Below are positions 1 through 12,257 of a DNA stretch of 32,000 bases, in pieces. The position numbers and the translations under genes are program-made. The notes below the pieces were generated by a model that saw only the letters and a list, made by a program, of their open reading frames with translations, was not told the origin of the DNA and searched no databases. Numbering within the stretch: position 1 is the first letter of the stretch; each line of letters opens with the position of its first letter. Origin of the DNA: Alkanindiges illinoisensis DSM 15370 (GTDB lineage: Bacteria; Pseudomonadota; Gammaproteobacteria; Pseudomonadales; Moraxellaceae); the NCBI RefSeq assembly GCF_000619845.1, contig NZ_JHUX01000003.1:1090064-1122063 (forward strand), in the 5' to 3' direction.

Positions 1-396
1 GTGAACAAGCTGTCAAAGCAGGAACTTAGTCTGGATGGTGACTTGCTGTCCTATAATAAGGATGGAGATGTCATCTCAGAGCCAACAGCCACCGAAACTG
101 CCCTGGCCCAGTTATTTTTGGAAAAAAATATTGCCCTGGATGCCAAGAATATCCGGCGCGACCTGAAAAAAGAAAAGCAGCAGGAATTTGAAGAAACTAA
201 AACTTATCAGCAAGTAGTTACTTTATACGAGGAAAAAACCAGGAAAGATGCACCGTATGCCATTATGCCAGAAGTGGTTATTTCTGGCCCCAAGCTAAGC
301 CGTGATTACAACACCAACTGGTACGCCAGCAAAGTAAACCAGCGTTACAATCGCTGTGTGAGCCGTGGCAAGCGTCTGGGCTTTAAAATATCCTAA
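1..396 (+). CDS. hypothetical protein, 5' end probably cut by window edge
   Basis: Frame is open from base 1 and stops at 394-396. The product is Lys/Glu-rich and has no motif I recognise. Confidence 0.45.
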   Translation: MNKLSKQELSLDGDLLSYNKDGDVISEPTATETALAQLFLEKNIALDAKNIRRDLKKEKQQEFEETKTYQQVVTLYEEKTRKDAPYAIMPEVVISGPKLSRDYNTNWYASKVNQRYNRCVSRGKRLGFKIS

Positions 397-607
397 TCAT
401 TGATCGCAAACTTCACGCACTGATAATCAGTATTTGTTTTTATCAGTACGAAACTTGATTACTTAAAATTTGCTAGGAACTTCTTATTTCTGTTTATTTA
501 TGAATTTAATAATTATTTTAAGGTTTAAGCACTTAATAAGTGTTTGGCTATCTCCAACGCATAAGCTATAACTGGACACATAAAAATTTAAGCTTTGCCT
601 AATAACT

Positions 608-1246
608 ATGACACCTAATCTTGATGTAGTAAGCCCCATAGATTTACGCCAGATGAGTGATGCCAAGGCATGGGCTGATTCCGCCCTGCAAAAACGGCCA
701 GCGCGTACTGATTTTTTTAATAGTTTTACTACCATCATTCTTAACTATCCAATATCCAATCCGCGCATTCTGGAACTGGATTCCGGGCCGGGATTTTTGG
801 CGCAGCATTTACTCGATAATATTCTAGCTAGTGAATATGTGGCGCTGGATTTCTCAGCAGCCATGCATCAATTGGCGCAGGAAAGACTGGGAGCCAATGC
901 TGACAAGGTACAATTTATTGAGCGCAGCTTTAAGGATGACAACTGGACAGCAGGTCTGGGAAAATTTGATGTGATTGTCACCATGCAGGCTGTGCATGAG
1001 CTACGCCATAAACGGCATGCGGTTAATTTATTTAAACAGGTTCAGCAGGTTTTAAAACCAGATGGCATTTTTCTGGTCTGTGATCATTATGTAGGTACTG
1101 ACGCTCATGGCATCCAAGGCATGCAAAATGACCAGCTTTATATGACGATTGAAGAACAGTATGCTGCGCTACAGCAGGCTGGTTTTAGTCATATTAACCA
1201 GCTTTTACTGCGGCAAGGCATGCTATTGCATCAGGCTAAACTATAA
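608..1246 (+). CDS. class I SAM-dependent methyltransferase
   Basis: 212-aa ORF with a SAM-binding motif I-like segment (ILELDSGPGFLA), followed by acidic-loop and DVIVTMQAVHEL segments typical of Rossmann-fold methyltransferases. Confidence 0.8.
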   Translation: MTPNLDVVSPIDLRQMSDAKAWADSALQKRPARTDFFNSFTTIILNYPISNPRILELDSGPGFLAQHLLDNILASEYVALDFSAAMHQLAQERLGANADKVQFIERSFKDDNWTAGLGKFDVIVTMQAVHELRHKRHAVNLFKQVQQVLKPDGIFLVCDHYVGTDAHGIQGMQNDQLYMTIEEQYAALQQAGFSHINQLLLRQGMLLHQAKL

Positions 1247-1256
1247 ATTTTAAGCC

Positions 1257-2390
1257 TTAATAAATTGCCATATGGTCACGGTGAATCATCTCTACCGAGC
1301 GATTTTCACCCAGAATTTCATGCACCCGTTCGGAAGGCTGGCCAATCACCTGCCGTGCTGATGCTGAACTGAAATTAACCCGGCCCACGGCAATGCGTTC
1401 ACCATTTAAGTTCACGCACTCCACCACATCACCACGCTCAAAATGCCCTTCAACCTGACGCACACCCACAGGCAACAGGCTACGATGTTTTATCTGAATG
1501 GCTTCAACCGCACCGTTATCCAGCACCAGACGTCCCGCTGTTTGCAAATGCGCAGCCAGCCATTGCTTACGCGCAGTAATCCGGTCTTCGTCGGCTGTCA
1601 GTAGCGTTCCCAAAGCCTCACCCTGAATCAGGCGTAATAGGACATTACTGGTTTGACCACTGGTGATGAGTGTTGGACAGCCAGACTTTGCTGCCAGCCG
1701 TGCAGCACGCACTTTGGTAACCATGCCACCACGCCCCAGCACACCGCCACCACCTGCCATTGCCAGTAGACTTTCATCCATGGCACGCACGGTAGACAGC
1801 AGTGTAGCGCTGGCATCCTTGCGTGGATCACGGTCAAACATGCCTTCCTGATCAGTAAGAATAATCAGCAGGTCTGCACCGACCAGACTAGCCACCATGG
1901 CAGCCAGCGTATCATTGTCACCAAAACGGATTTCATCGGTAGCAACGGTGTCATTTTCATTGATCACCGGCACCACGCGCCACTTGATTAAACGCAGCAA
2001 GGCATCACCAGCGTTTAAATAACGGCGGCGATCAGCGAGGTCATCATGGGTGAGCAAGACCTGAGCAGTTTGAATCTGGTGCTGAACCAGTGCGCCAGCC
2101 CATGCCTGAATCAAACCCATTTGCCCAATGGCAGCACAGGCCTGCAAACCCGGCAAATCATCGGGACGGGCGCCAATTTTCATGCGCACCATGCCTTCAG
2201 CCACAGCACCGGATGACACCAGAATTACCTCAATGCCCTGTTCATGCAGCATGGCAACCTGAGCAGCCCAGGCATTAATGGCCTGATGATCCAGCCCCTG
2301 CCCATTAGCCGTGAGCAACGCCGATCCAATTTTTATGACAACGCGTTTACATTGAAGCTGACGCTGACTGCCTTGTTGTAACAACGACAT
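1257..2390 (-). CDS. proB: glutamate 5-kinase
   Basis: Amino-acid-kinase N-terminus ([11 protein letters not shown]), a GDNDTLAA motif and a C-terminal PUA-like domain. The ORF-track start at 2408 is TTG; I prefer the ATG at 2390 (MSLLQQ...). Confidence 0.93.
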   Translation of the reverse strand: MSLLQQGSQRQLQCKRVVIKIGSALLTANGQGLDHQAINAWAAQVAMLHEQGIEVILVSSGAVAEGMVRMKIGARPDDLPGLQACAAIGQMGLIQAWAGALVQHQIQTAQVLLTHDDLADRRRYLNAGDALLRLIKWRVVPVINENDTVATDEIRFGDNDTLAAMVASLVGADLLIILTDQEGMFDRDPRKDASATLLSTVRAMDESLLAMAGGGGVLGRGGMVTKVRAARLAAKSGCPTLITSGQTSNVLLRLIQGEALGTLLTADEDRITARKQWLAAHLQTAGRLVLDNGAVEAIQIKHRSLLPVGVRQVEGHFERGDVVECVNLNGERIAVGRVNFSSASARQVIGQPSERVHEILGENRSVEMIHRDHMAIY

Positions 2391-2425
2391 GTTTACACTC
2401 AAAATCAAATTAACAGGTTTTTTAG

Positions 2426-3709
<1,284 letters not shown>

Positions 3710-3782
3710 CTAAGGTTTTTTGAAGTTGTTTTTGGTTTCTATTCTTAAAGCCGGGTAAGCCAGCTTTAGGCACCTGCTCTTG

Positions 3783-4121
3783 CTACTTTTGATAATAACC
3801 TGTGCTTAAGGGTGATTCCTGTGGAAATAGTTTATCCTGTTGCAAATGGAGTTTTAGGCCTTTGAACACCGTTTGCTGTGTTTCGCTGCTTTGCAGTTCA
3901 ATTAAATCGCCTACCTGCTGCCAGGTGCCACTAGATTCCTGATCAACAGCGCCATACATTAAAACAGCCTGATAATGACCATCAGGGTTTAAAAGTAACT
4001 CGGAACCTACTTCGGTAACGCCATTCAAATAATAGTGACCCGGAGCAGCAGCATTGGCCAGATGGGTAAAAAGACTTAAGGCAATCATTAAAGCTACTGT
4101 TTTAACAAACTGATTTAGCAT
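3783..4121 (-). CDS. small secreted hypothetical protein
   Basis: 112-aa ORF with a clear signal peptide (MLNQFVKTVALMIALSLFTHLANA|AAPG). No recognisable domain. Confidence 0.6.
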   Translation of the reverse strand: MLNQFVKTVALMIALSLFTHLANAAAPGHYYLNGVTEVGSELLLNPDGHYQAVLMYGAVDQESSGTWQQVGDLIELQSSETQQTVFKGLKLHLQQDKLFPQESPLSTGYYQK

Positions 4122-4244
4122 ATAAAAATCCAGATTTTTGATGACTTATTTAATTAATTGAGCAACTGAACATAAGCCTAAACCTATCTTGTTTTAGCAA
4201 TCATCAACCATTTTTTATTGTAATTGCACAGATAACACTAACAT

Positions 4245-4276
4245 AAAAAAAACCCAGCCAAAGCCGGGTTTTTCTT
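4245..4276 (-). terminator. rho-independent terminator downstream of gap
   Basis: Stem aacccagc/gccgggtt (one mismatch) flanked by an A-run and a T-run, 12 nt after the gap stop. Symmetric, so possibly bidirectional. Confidence 0.6.
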
Positions 4277-4287
4277 TGCAAATCTAC

Positions 4288-5778
4288 TTACACGCTAACG
4301 CTATCCACTGGAATGTGCGGATACACCACGCCTGCCATTTGCTCGGCAATGCGCAGTACCTGACAGCTATAGCCAACTTCGTTGTCATACCAGACGTACA
4401 GAGTGACACGGTTGCCACTGGTAATGGTGGCTTGCGCATCATACACACCGGCAGTGCGCGAACCAATAAAGTCAGACGATACCACTTCGGTAGAGTTGGT
4501 ATAGCCAATTTGACCTTGCAGGTTGGAGTTCAGGGAAATCAGACGGATGTATTCGTTGATTTCTTCAGTAGATACTTCCTGCGCCAGATTCAGGTTTAGA
4601 ATTGCCAATGATACATTTGGTGTAGGTACGCGAACCGAGTTACCAGTCAGCTTGCCTTTTAGAACTGGCAGCGCCTTGGCAACGGCTTTGGCTGCACCGG
4701 TCTCGGTGATGACCATGTTCAGGGTTGCAGCACGGCCACGACGATCAGCCTTATGGTAGTTATCAATCAAGTTCTGGTCATTGGTGAACGAGTGAACAGT
4801 TTCCACATGGCCATTTTCAACGGTGTACTTATCATTGATGACTTTTAGTACTGGTGTAATAGCATTGGTGGTACAGCTTGCTGCACTGATAATCTGGTCA
4901 GAATCAATGATATCGCTATGGTTTACACCATACACCACGTTCTTCATTTCGCCTTTGCTTGGTGCAGTCAGGATCACACGGGCAACGCCTGGGCATTTCA
5001 GGTGCTGGGCCAGGCCTTCAGCATCACGCCATTTACCGGTGTTATCAATCAACAGCGCATTATCAATGCCATACTGGGTGTAATCCACTTCAGCCGGGCT
5101 GCTGGCATAAATCACCTTGATGTAGTTACCATTGGCAATAATGGCTTCATTTTCTTCATCAATGGAAATGGTGCCTTCAAATGAACCATGAATGGAATCA
5201 CGACGCAGCAAGGAAGCACGCTTGGCCAGATCGTTTTCACTGGATTTACGTACCACAATCGCTTTAAGGCTCAAGCCACGGCCAACACCAGTTTGCTCAA
5301 TAATCAAACGGGCCAGAATGCGTCCAATACGACCAAAACCATAAAGAACGACGTCTCTGGTTTTTGGTTCGCACTTGTTGCCTGCTACTGGTGTTAAAGC
5401 AGCTTGCAAAAATTCGTTGATGTCGCCGCCTTTTTGCTTGTAATCAGCAGCCAGCTTACCCAGATCTACTTCGCAGCTTGCAATATTGTCAAATTTTACC
5501 AGTGCTTCCAGCAAAGGCATGGTGTCCACCACAGACAGCTCAACAGCAATCATGCGGGCACGGCGATGTGCTTTTAGAATCTGGATCACAGAGCGGTTGA
5601 TCAGTGAGCGACCATATACCGTAATAATAATGTCTTTTTCACGGTAAAGCTGTCCGATCAAGGCAATCATGCGTTCAGCAATTTCTTCGCGATTTTTCCA
5701 GCGGCCAAAATGTTCGCTATGCAGGGCAACGATGGTCTCTTTGCTCACGGAGGCTTCCTCTTTGGGGTTAGCTGCCAT
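4288..5778 (-). CDS. gap: glyceraldehyde-3-phosphate dehydrogenase, long form with N-terminal extension
   Basis: NAD-binding VVLYGFGRIGR and catalytic SAASCTTNAITP motifs. About 150 aa precede the Rossmann fold. The track start at 5799 is TTG; the ATG at 5778 is preferred. Confidence 0.9.
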   Translation of the reverse strand: MAANPKEEASVSKETIVALHSEHFGRWKNREEIAERMIALIGQLYREKDIIITVYGRSLINRSVIQILKAHRRARMIAVELSVVDTMPLLEALVKFDNIASCEVDLGKLAADYKQKGGDINEFLQAALTPVAGNKCEPKTRDVVLYGFGRIGRILARLIIEQTGVGRGLSLKAIVVRKSSENDLAKRASLLRRDSIHGSFEGTISIDEENEAIIANGNYIKVIYASSPAEVDYTQYGIDNALLIDNTGKWRDAEGLAQHLKCPGVARVILTAPSKGEMKNVVYGVNHSDIIDSDQIISAASCTTNAITPVLKVINDKYTVENGHVETVHSFTNDQNLIDNYHKADRRGRAATLNMVITETGAAKAVAKALPVLKGKLTGNSVRVPTPNVSLAILNLNLAQEVSTEEINEYIRLISLNSNLQGQIGYTNSTEVVSSDFIGSRTAGVYDAQATITSGNRVTLYVWYDNEVGYSCQVLRIAEQMAGVVYPHIPVDSVSV

Positions 5779-6024
5779 CACAGTAACAGCAGCAGGCAAG
5801 TTTTAAAGGCGCATATTGTAATGGAAAATTGCCTGCCTGAAAATGTTGGTAACGGATAAAACAGCAAGAAGTTTTTCCAGTATTAAAATTTTATAAAGGT
5901 TTAGACTGATAAGGTTGGTAATCAGGATTTGGTTCATCACTAAAAAACTGGCAAGCTTTAAGATTGTTATAAAATTAGAAAATAAATAATAAAGTAAATT
6001 CTAGTTAGGCATAAAATTAGATAA

Positions 6025-6070
6025 AACAATAAATACCTGATGCTACCGTGTTTATCAGGTATTTATTGTT
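6025..6070 (-). terminator. 17-bp perfect hairpin, candidate terminator of the 52-aa ORF
   Basis: Arms aacaataaatacctgat / atcaggtatttattgtt with a 12-nt loop. On the minus strand it is followed by TTTTATC. It lies about 70 nt downstream of the 6140..6298 ORF. Confidence 0.5.
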
Positions 6071-6139
6071 GATAAAGCATTAGTAGCATGAATTTCCAAC
6101 CTAAAACCAGCTCTTAACAACTCAGCACCTTTAAACGGC

Positions 6140-6298
6140 TTAGGAAGCTGAACCGCTGTGCTCGTCACTGTGTTTTAGTTCATCATGCGTGTATGTCGCG
6201 GTAAATCCTTCTACCAAATCAATTGCTGAAGCCAGTAACGTAATAAAAGTACGGGTAACCAGCTGTCCTGACTTTGGCTGGATAGTCACCTTAATCAT
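6140..6298 (-). CDS. small hypothetical protein (52 aa), not in the ORF track
   Basis: Hand-translated as MIKVTIQPKSGQLVTRTFITLLASAIDLVEGFTATYTHDELKHSDEHSGSAS. A GGAG sits 7 nt upstream of the ATG, and the hairpin at 6025-6070 follows it. Confidence 0.4.
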   Translation of the reverse strand: MIKVTIQPKSGQLVTRTFITLLASAIDLVEGFTATYTHDELKHSDEHSGSAS

Positions 6299-6611
6299 AA
6301 GATTTCTCCAATTTATTTTCAGGTTTAATTCACAATAACGACTTGGTACTGCATCATCTAGGCTAAAGACACCATCATGATGCGTGTTACAACAACTTTA
6401 ATATATAAAGTCAGCTTGTAATCATCTACGGGAAACTACCCTGCTTTTTGTGTAAAATCAGAGTAAATGTATAAGCAAACCAGCAGTTTATAAAAGCTAA
6501 CGCAGGCTTTGGTCATCTTGTGTTAATAAATCAGAAGCTGGTTACATAACTGATGAGCAGACTTTTTAAATTTTTTATTGTTAGTCTTGAATTAATGTCT
6601 GAAATTTTTTA

Positions 6612-6653
6612 ATAAAAAAAGGAATCTGCTACTAGCAAAGCTGGCAAATTCCT
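6612..6653 (-). terminator. rho-independent terminator downstream of the lipocalin gene
   Basis: 11-bp stem (aggaatctgcta / tggcaaattcct, one mismatch) followed on the minus strand by T7. It lies 20 nt after the stop at 6673. Confidence 0.6.
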
Positions 6654-6672
6654 GTTGTGTTGCGCATTCTAT

Positions 6673-7251
6673 TTACTGGGTGTGCCTAGTGCGAATTAGC
6701 TTGCTGGTGTCAAAACCCTGCTGTTTGGCTGCATCAACATAGTTCTGATAGGTTTGCTCATCAAGATGTGGTGTGCGAGACAAGATCCATAAATACTTGC
6801 GGTTGGGTGCGCCAACCAAGGCAGTCTGGTAATTGTCATCCAGCTTTAAAATCCAGTAATCACCTTTGGTAAAAGGAATCCAGCGCAAGCCTTGTGGCAA
6901 AAAGCTGACTTTAAGTTTGCTATTGGCCTTGTCTATCGGTGTGGCCTCACCCTGTGATGCCATGTTTTCTCCATTAGCCTTACGACACTGGTTGAGCACT
7001 GAAACCTTGCCATTGGCTTGCAAGCCGTAGGTTGCGGTGACATCACTGGCGCACTTGCGCTGGAAATACATGGGGAAACGCGCAACTTCATACCATGTGC
7101 CCAAATAGCGGTTTAAGTCCACCTGATTTACGGTTTGTGGCTTATTCGCTGGTGCTGCAATGGCAACCGAACCTAAGACCGCAAATCCCAGCAGGACCAT
7201 GGCGCTACGTTTGAGTATTTTGTGTGATGGCGCAACATGGGTAATGGTCAT
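6673..7251 (-). CDS. blc: bacterial lipocalin (Blc-like), secreted
   Basis: Lipocalin signature YLGTWYEVARF and a signal peptide with no lipobox Cys. Start set to the ATG at 7251, which has GAGGAG 7 nt upstream. Confidence 0.85.
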   Translation of the reverse strand: MTITHVAPSHKILKRSAMVLLGFAVLGSVAIAAPANKPQTVNQVDLNRYLGTWYEVARFPMYFQRKCASDVTATYGLQANGKVSVLNQCRKANGENMASQGEATPIDKANSKLKVSFLPQGLRWIPFTKGDYWILKLDDNYQTALVGAPNRKYLWILSRTPHLDEQTYQNYVDAAKQQGFDTSKLIRTRHTQ

Positions 7252-7440
7252 ATGAATTCTCCTCAATATATACACTGGACAGGTTAAGAAATAATAAATT
7301 TGAGCCAGAAATAGTAGAAAATTTATTGGCTTAACCTTATGCCAAGGTGCTGTAAGAATCCAATGAACTCATGCATGCTTTTTGTAGTGGTTTGGAAGTT
7401 TTAAAATTTTGAACATGTCATGACTTAGCGAACATTTATA

Positions 7441-7474
7441 AAAGAAGCCGCCTGATTAACCAGCGGCTCTTTTA
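7441..7474 (-). terminator. weak hairpin downstream of uvrB
   Basis: 6-bp stem agccgc/gcggct with an 11-nt loop, with T/A-rich runs on both sides. Confidence 0.35.
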
Positions 7475-7500
7475 TCATTTGTGCAGATGAATACAGCCTA

Positions 7501-9621
7501 TCAATACAACAACTGTGCTTTCAACCGGGTGATTTCATCACGGATGCGCGCGGCTTGCTCAAACTGCAACTGCTTGGCCATATTGTTCATCTCGCTTTCC
7601 AGCTTCTTGATGTGCTTGGCAAACAGCTTTGGATCGGCCAGCAAATGCTGATCATCACTGGACAGTGCAATATGCTTGTGCAGCTTGGCATCAATTTCAT
7701 CTTCTTCATACACCTCGCCGGTATCAATTTCCTTAATGACCTGACGGATTGCACTGCGCGGTGTAATCCCGTGTTTTTCATTAAATTCAATTTGCTTGTT
7801 ACGACGACGCTCTGTTTCCTCAATGGCACGCTGCATGGAATCCGTAATGCGGTCGGCATACAAAATCGCCTTACCATTCAAGTTACGTGCTGCACGGCCA
7901 ATGGTTTGAATGAGTGAACGATCCGAACGCAAAAAACCTTCCTTGTCGGCATCCAGAATGGCCACCAAAGACACTTCCGGCATGTCCAGGCCTTCACGCA
8001 GCAGGTTAATCCCGACCAGTACGTCATAAACACCGGTACGCAGTTCATGGATAATCTTAACGCGTTCTACCGTATCAATATCCGAGTGCAGATACGCCAC
8101 CTTGATACCGTATTCTTTCAGGTAACTGGTTAAATCCTCAGCCATCCGCTTGGTTAAGGTGGTGACCAGCACGCGCTCATTAATATTTTTACGCAGGTTA
8201 ATTTCAGATAAAACATCATCCACTTGCGTTAGCACCGGACGAATTTCAATTTGCGGATCAACCAGACCCGTTGGCCGCACCACCTGCTCTACAATTTGCT
8301 GGCTATGTTCCAGTTCATAGCGCGCAGGCGTTGCACTTACAAAAATAGTGGTCGGTGCAATCCGTTCCCATTCCTCAAATTTCATGGGACGGTTATCCAG
8401 CGCACTAGGCAGGCGAAAGCCGTAGTTCACCAGATTTTCCTTACGTGAACGGTCACCCTTATACATTGCACCAATTTGCGGCACTGACACATGCGATTCA
8501 TCAATAATCAGCAGTGCATCTTCAGGCACATAATCAAACAGGGTTGGCGGCGCTTCACCGGCGGGACGGCCTGACAAATGCCGCGAGTAGTTTTCAATAC
8601 CGTTGCTGTAGCCAAGCTGCTGGATCATTTCAATATCGTACTTAGTACGCTGCTCAATGCGCTGTGCTTCCAGCAGTTTGTCCTGCGATTTAAAAAATTC
8701 CAGTTGTTCGGCCAGTTCCTGCTTAATCGTTCCAACTGCACGCTCCAGGTTTTCCTTGGGCGTCACATAATGGCTTTTGGGATAAATGGTAATGCGGGGC
8801 ACTTTACGCACCATTTTGCCGGTAAGCGGATCAAACCAGCGAATGGAGTCAATTTCATCATCAAAGATTTCAATGCGCACTGCCATTTGCTCAGATTCGG
8901 CTGGGAAAATATCCAGAATCTCGCCACGCAGGCGATAAGTGCCCCGGGTAAATTCCAGCTCATTACGCGTGTATTGCATCTCTACCAGACGGCGAATTAA
9001 GGCATCACGGTCAATGCGATCACCCTGCACAATATGCAACAGCATTTTTAAGTAGGCCTCAGGATCACCCAGACCATAAATGGCTGAAACAGAGGCCACA
9101 ATAATGGCATCGCGCCGTTCTAGTAATGACCGGGTGGCAGACAAACGCATCTGGTCAATATGGTCGTTAATTGCCGAATCTTTTTCAATAAAGGTATCCG
9201 ATGACGGCACATAAGCTTCGGGCTGATAGTAATCGTAATAACTGACAAAATACTCAACCGCATTATTGGGAAAAAATGCCTTGAACTCGCCATATAACTG
9301 CGCGGCCAGCGTTTTGTTATGCGCCATAATAATAGTCGGGCGCTGGGTTTGTGCAATGACATTAGCCATCGTATAGGTTTTACCAGAACCTGTTACCCCC
9401 AGCAACAGCTGGCCCTTTAAACCGTTATTGACGCCACGCACCAGTTTTTCAATGGCCTGTGGCTGATCACCCGCTGGCTCAAAGTCAGTTTTTAAGTCAA
9501 AAGGCTTATCTAAAATCTGCGTGCCAGAAAGATTGACACCGCGTTGCAATGCCTGCTCCTGAATCTGGGTTGCCACATGGTTCAGCTCATCCAAAGAGCG
9601 CATTTTGGTGGGTTCACGCAT
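7501..9621 (-). CDS. uvrB: excinuclease ABC subunit B
   Basis: Walker [11 protein letters not shown], helicase motifs, and a C-terminal UVR domain ([15 protein letters not shown]). An alternative start is the ATG at 9603. Confidence 0.97.
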   Translation of the reverse strand: MREPTKMRSLDELNHVATQIQEQALQRGVNLSGTQILDKPFDLKTDFEPAGDQPQAIEKLVRGVNNGLKGQLLLGVTGSGKTYTMANVIAQTQRPTIIMAHNKTLAAQLYGEFKAFFPNNAVEYFVSYYDYYQPEAYVPSSDTFIEKDSAINDHIDQMRLSATRSLLERRDAIIVASVSAIYGLGDPEAYLKMLLHIVQGDRIDRDALIRRLVEMQYTRNELEFTRGTYRLRGEILDIFPAESEQMAVRIEIFDDEIDSIRWFDPLTGKMVRKVPRITIYPKSHYVTPKENLERAVGTIKQELAEQLEFFKSQDKLLEAQRIEQRTKYDIEMIQQLGYSNGIENYSRHLSGRPAGEAPPTLFDYVPEDALLIIDESHVSVPQIGAMYKGDRSRKENLVNYGFRLPSALDNRPMKFEEWERIAPTTIFVSATPARYELEHSQQIVEQVVRPTGLVDPQIEIRPVLTQVDDVLSEINLRKNINERVLVTTLTKRMAEDLTSYLKEYGIKVAYLHSDIDTVERVKIIHELRTGVYDVLVGINLLREGLDMPEVSLVAILDADKEGFLRSDRSLIQTIGRAARNLNGKAILYADRITDSMQRAIEETERRRNKQIEFNEKHGITPRSAIRQVIKEIDTGEVYEEDEIDAKLHKHIALSSDDQHLLADPKLFAKHIKKLESEMNNMAKQLQFEQAARIRDEITRLKAQLLY

Positions 9622-9947
9622 TGTATTTTAACTCTTTATATTCAGCCAGATCATACTAATAAATAAGGCTTTAGACTGAAAAATCAAGGCTATAAATACT
9701 GCTAAATGTAATTGGACATTTAAGGCAAGCCTTAATGAATAGATTGCTTTTAAAATAGTCATCCCCACTAACTGTAAAAGCTTTTTAAATTTTTGCTATC
9801 CGTTTTTAGAAAGCTTTTGCAAGTGCAAAGCCGTGTTTCTTACAAGCTTAAAACAACCCGCCAACCAAACAGGTAAATAAAGCGGCTCAGCTCAGAAGTC
9901 AAACCGTTATACAATAACATCAACTTAAAATTCAGGCAGGAGACTGG

Positions 9948-10553
9948 ATGTCCGAGCAATTTTTTACCTCATTTGCCTTGTTTTTTTCATTGCTTAACCC
10001 GTTTTTAATGAGCATTTACCTACTGGGAATGATCCGTCAGCTATCGCTGGCGCAGTTTAGTAAAGTGCTGATTCAGGGTGCATTCATCAGTAGCATCGTA
10101 TTCCTGTTATTCTCGTATGGTGGCGAAGCAATCTTTAACCGCTTTTTACATGTTCGCTTTGAATCATTTCAGATTTTTGGCGGAATTATCTTTTTAATTA
10201 TTGGGGTGCGCTATGTTTTTGAAGGCGCTGATACACTGGAATCCACTCGGGGAAAACCCGAATATCTGGCTGGCAGTGTGGCAATGCCCTTTATGATTGG
10301 GCCGGGGACAATTAGTGCTTCGGTGGTTATTGGTAGCAGCCTTAGTATTGCCGGGGCAGCAACCGTCATTGCTACCACTATGGTTTTAACCTGTAGTATG
10401 CTGATTTTATTTAAGTATTTTCATGACAACCTGAAAGCACGCTATGCGCGTTATGTCGATCGCTATATTGAGATTGTGGGCAGGCTGTCTGCGCTGCTGA
10501 TTGGCACGATTGCGGTGGATATGATTGTGACTGGTGTGATGGGATTAATGTAA
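9948..10553 (+). CDS. MarC-family (UPF0056) inner-membrane protein
   Basis: 201-aa polytopic membrane protein. The N-terminal LLNPF segment and the size are typical of the MarC family. GGAG lies upstream of the ATG. Confidence 0.8.
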   Translation: MSEQFFTSFALFFSLLNPFLMSIYLLGMIRQLSLAQFSKVLIQGAFISSIVFLLFSYGGEAIFNRFLHVRFESFQIFGGIIFLIIGVRYVFEGADTLESTRGKPEYLAGSVAMPFMIGPGTISASVVIGSSLSIAGAATVIATTMVLTCSMLILFKYFHDNLKARYARYVDRYIEIVGRLSALLIGTIAVDMIVTGVMGLM

Positions 10554-10581
10554 AAAAAGGGCTACTACAGAAGTAACCCTT
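10552..10581. terminator. bidirectional hairpin between convergent genes
   Basis: Stem aagggctac/gtaaccctt (one mismatch) preceded by A7, which is T7 on the minus strand. It sits between the marC-family stop and the stop of the small minus-strand ORF. Confidence 0.5.
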
Positions 10582-10616
10582 GATAATCACCTGCGCCTAA
10601 AAACCTGCCCCTATTA

Positions 10617-10784
10617 TTAACGCTTGCCCATTGACCGTCTCGTACCCGCAGGTGGCATAAAAGTACGGTCAGCATAACGCTTGGGTTTGGGGCGTACCTG
10701 CTCTAGCGTTTCATCATTTTCCTCATCGCGCTGTGGCATGGGAAATGGCAACTGGGCAACCTGTCGTTTGGCGGGCTTGCTCAT
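10617..10784 (-). CDS. small basic hypothetical protein
   Basis: ORF of 55 aa (ATG at 10784) or 63 aa (GTG at 10808). It is Pro/Arg/Lys-rich and a T-run hairpin follows it. The SD is weak. Confidence 0.4.
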   Translation of the reverse strand: MSKPAKRQVAQLPFPMPQRDEENDETLEQVRPKPKRYADRTFMPPAGTRRSMGKR

Positions 10785-11024
10785 CTTCAAAAACCTATCA
10801 TTAATCACTGGCCCTAGTTTAAACCTTTTGCTGGCTAAACTGTAAGATTGTTGCCTCTCACATCAGAAATTTATACACATCGAATCAGTTTAAAAATCAT
10901 TCATTCAAGGTCACAGAATGAAATTGACGAACTATGCAACAAATTGCATAATCAAATGAATCAGCAATAACGACTATCCATTTTGGACGCAGCACGCGTT
11001 AGAGTGCAGCACGAGGATTTCCTG

Positions 11025-12116
11025 ATGCCAGCAATAACCAGCTTGTTAGATTCATTTCCATCATTCTTAAAGAATAAATCCGCACCGTTACTTGAGATTT
11101 TCTATAAGCCAACAACAGACAATAAAAAGCTCATTCAGGAAATTCGGCAGCTACAACGTCCCTATCAGCCCACATTCTGGCTGGCCAACACGCATGTGCA
11201 GCTCATGTATCTTGAACTTAAGAAAAAGCTGGAAAAACCTTTAATTTATGATCGTGTTGAAACCCTCACCATGGCCGATGGTGGCAAAACGGCACTAGCG
11301 TGGTATGGCTATAACTTGCCAGCCTCTACCCCAACCCTTGTTATTTTGCATACTTTAACGGGTAGCCCGCGCAGCATGCAGGATATGGTGCGGGATTTAC
11401 ATGAATATACGGGGTGGCGTGTAGTCGTTGCTGTACGGCGTGGACATGGCGGGCTTGAATTTGACCCACCACGTTTCAATATCTTTGGTTCTACGCAGGA
11501 TCTTCGGGAACAACTCACGCACATTGAACGGCTGTTTCCACAATCACCGTTATATGCGGTGGGTTCTTCGGCAGGTTCAGGCTTGCTCATCCGTTATCTG
11601 GGTGAAGAACAGCAAAATGCCCGGTTTAAGGCATCTTTTGCATTCTGCCCCGGCTACAACACGGATGAAGGCTTTAAGTATTGCCATCCTTTTTATAGCA
11701 AATATATGGCTAAAAAATTAATCAGAACCTTTATTGAACCTCATCAAAGCAAGTTGCAGCAATTAGCAACATTTAACCATCTTAAAACTGCCAAAGACCT
11801 GCTGGCTTTTCATGAAAAAGTCTATGAATTTTCCGGTTATCCAAGTTATCAGCACTATTCGGATGCCACCAATCCCATGAAGGTTTTTCAGCAGGTTACC
11901 ACTCCGGTCATGTTGCTAAATGCCAAGGATGATCCAGTATGCAATATTCAAAATCTTGACCCCTATCTGGCTGATATTCAGCAAATGCCCAATCTTATTG
12001 TGGTTAAAACCAAAAAAGGCAGCCATTGTGCCTATCAGCAAGGCTGGCAAGCCAGATCATGGGCGCATAAACTGATGGCCGAATATTTTCAGGTGATACA
12101 CAAAAGGGATGCATAA
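11025..12116 (+). CDS. alpha/beta-fold hydrolase (YheT/ABHD-like)
   Basis: Nucleophile elbow VGSSAGSG and an HTLTG oxyanion-region motif. Start set to the ATG at 11025 (GAGGA 8 nt upstream) rather than the TTG at 10983. Confidence 0.85.
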   Translation: MPAITSLLDSFPSFLKNKSAPLLEIFYKPTTDNKKLIQEIRQLQRPYQPTFWLANTHVQLMYLELKKKLEKPLIYDRVETLTMADGGKTALAWYGYNLPASTPTLVILHTLTGSPRSMQDMVRDLHEYTGWRVVVAVRRGHGGLEFDPPRFNIFGSTQDLREQLTHIERLFPQSPLYAVGSSAGSGLLIRYLGEEQQNARFKASFAFCPGYNTDEGFKYCHPFYSKYMAKKLIRTFIEPHQSKLQQLATFNHLKTAKDLLAFHEKVYEFSGYPSYQHYSDATNPMKVFQQVTTPVMLLNAKDDPVCNIQNLDPYLADIQQMPNLIVVKTKKGSHCAYQQGWQARSWAHKLMAEYFQVIHKRDA

Positions 12117-12257
12117 ACTGGTTAAAGCATTTTCTATTGCCTTCAATAAGGAAAAGGAATTGAAAATTAGTTTTAATATGCGGCCAAACACCTTGCAAAA
12201 TCAGCTAGAATAACCCGATTTTTTGTGTTCAATTCCCTAAAAGAAGGAATCCCTGCC

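Noticed and set aside
484-738. 84-aa minus-strand ORF
   Set aside because: It overlaps the 5' end of the methyltransferase gene and AT-rich promoter DNA, and it has no SD or motif.
5899-5908. 10-mer TTTAGACTGA shared between the gap and uvrB upstream regions (also at 9672-9681)
   Set aside because: Many 10-mer matches are expected by chance within 32 kb, and the flanks are not similar.
9622-9947. Possible SOS (LexA) box upstream of uvrB
   Set aside because: No CTGT-N8-ACAG-type palindrome is present. There is only a short TTTGCA-AG-TGCAAA palindrome of unknown meaning.
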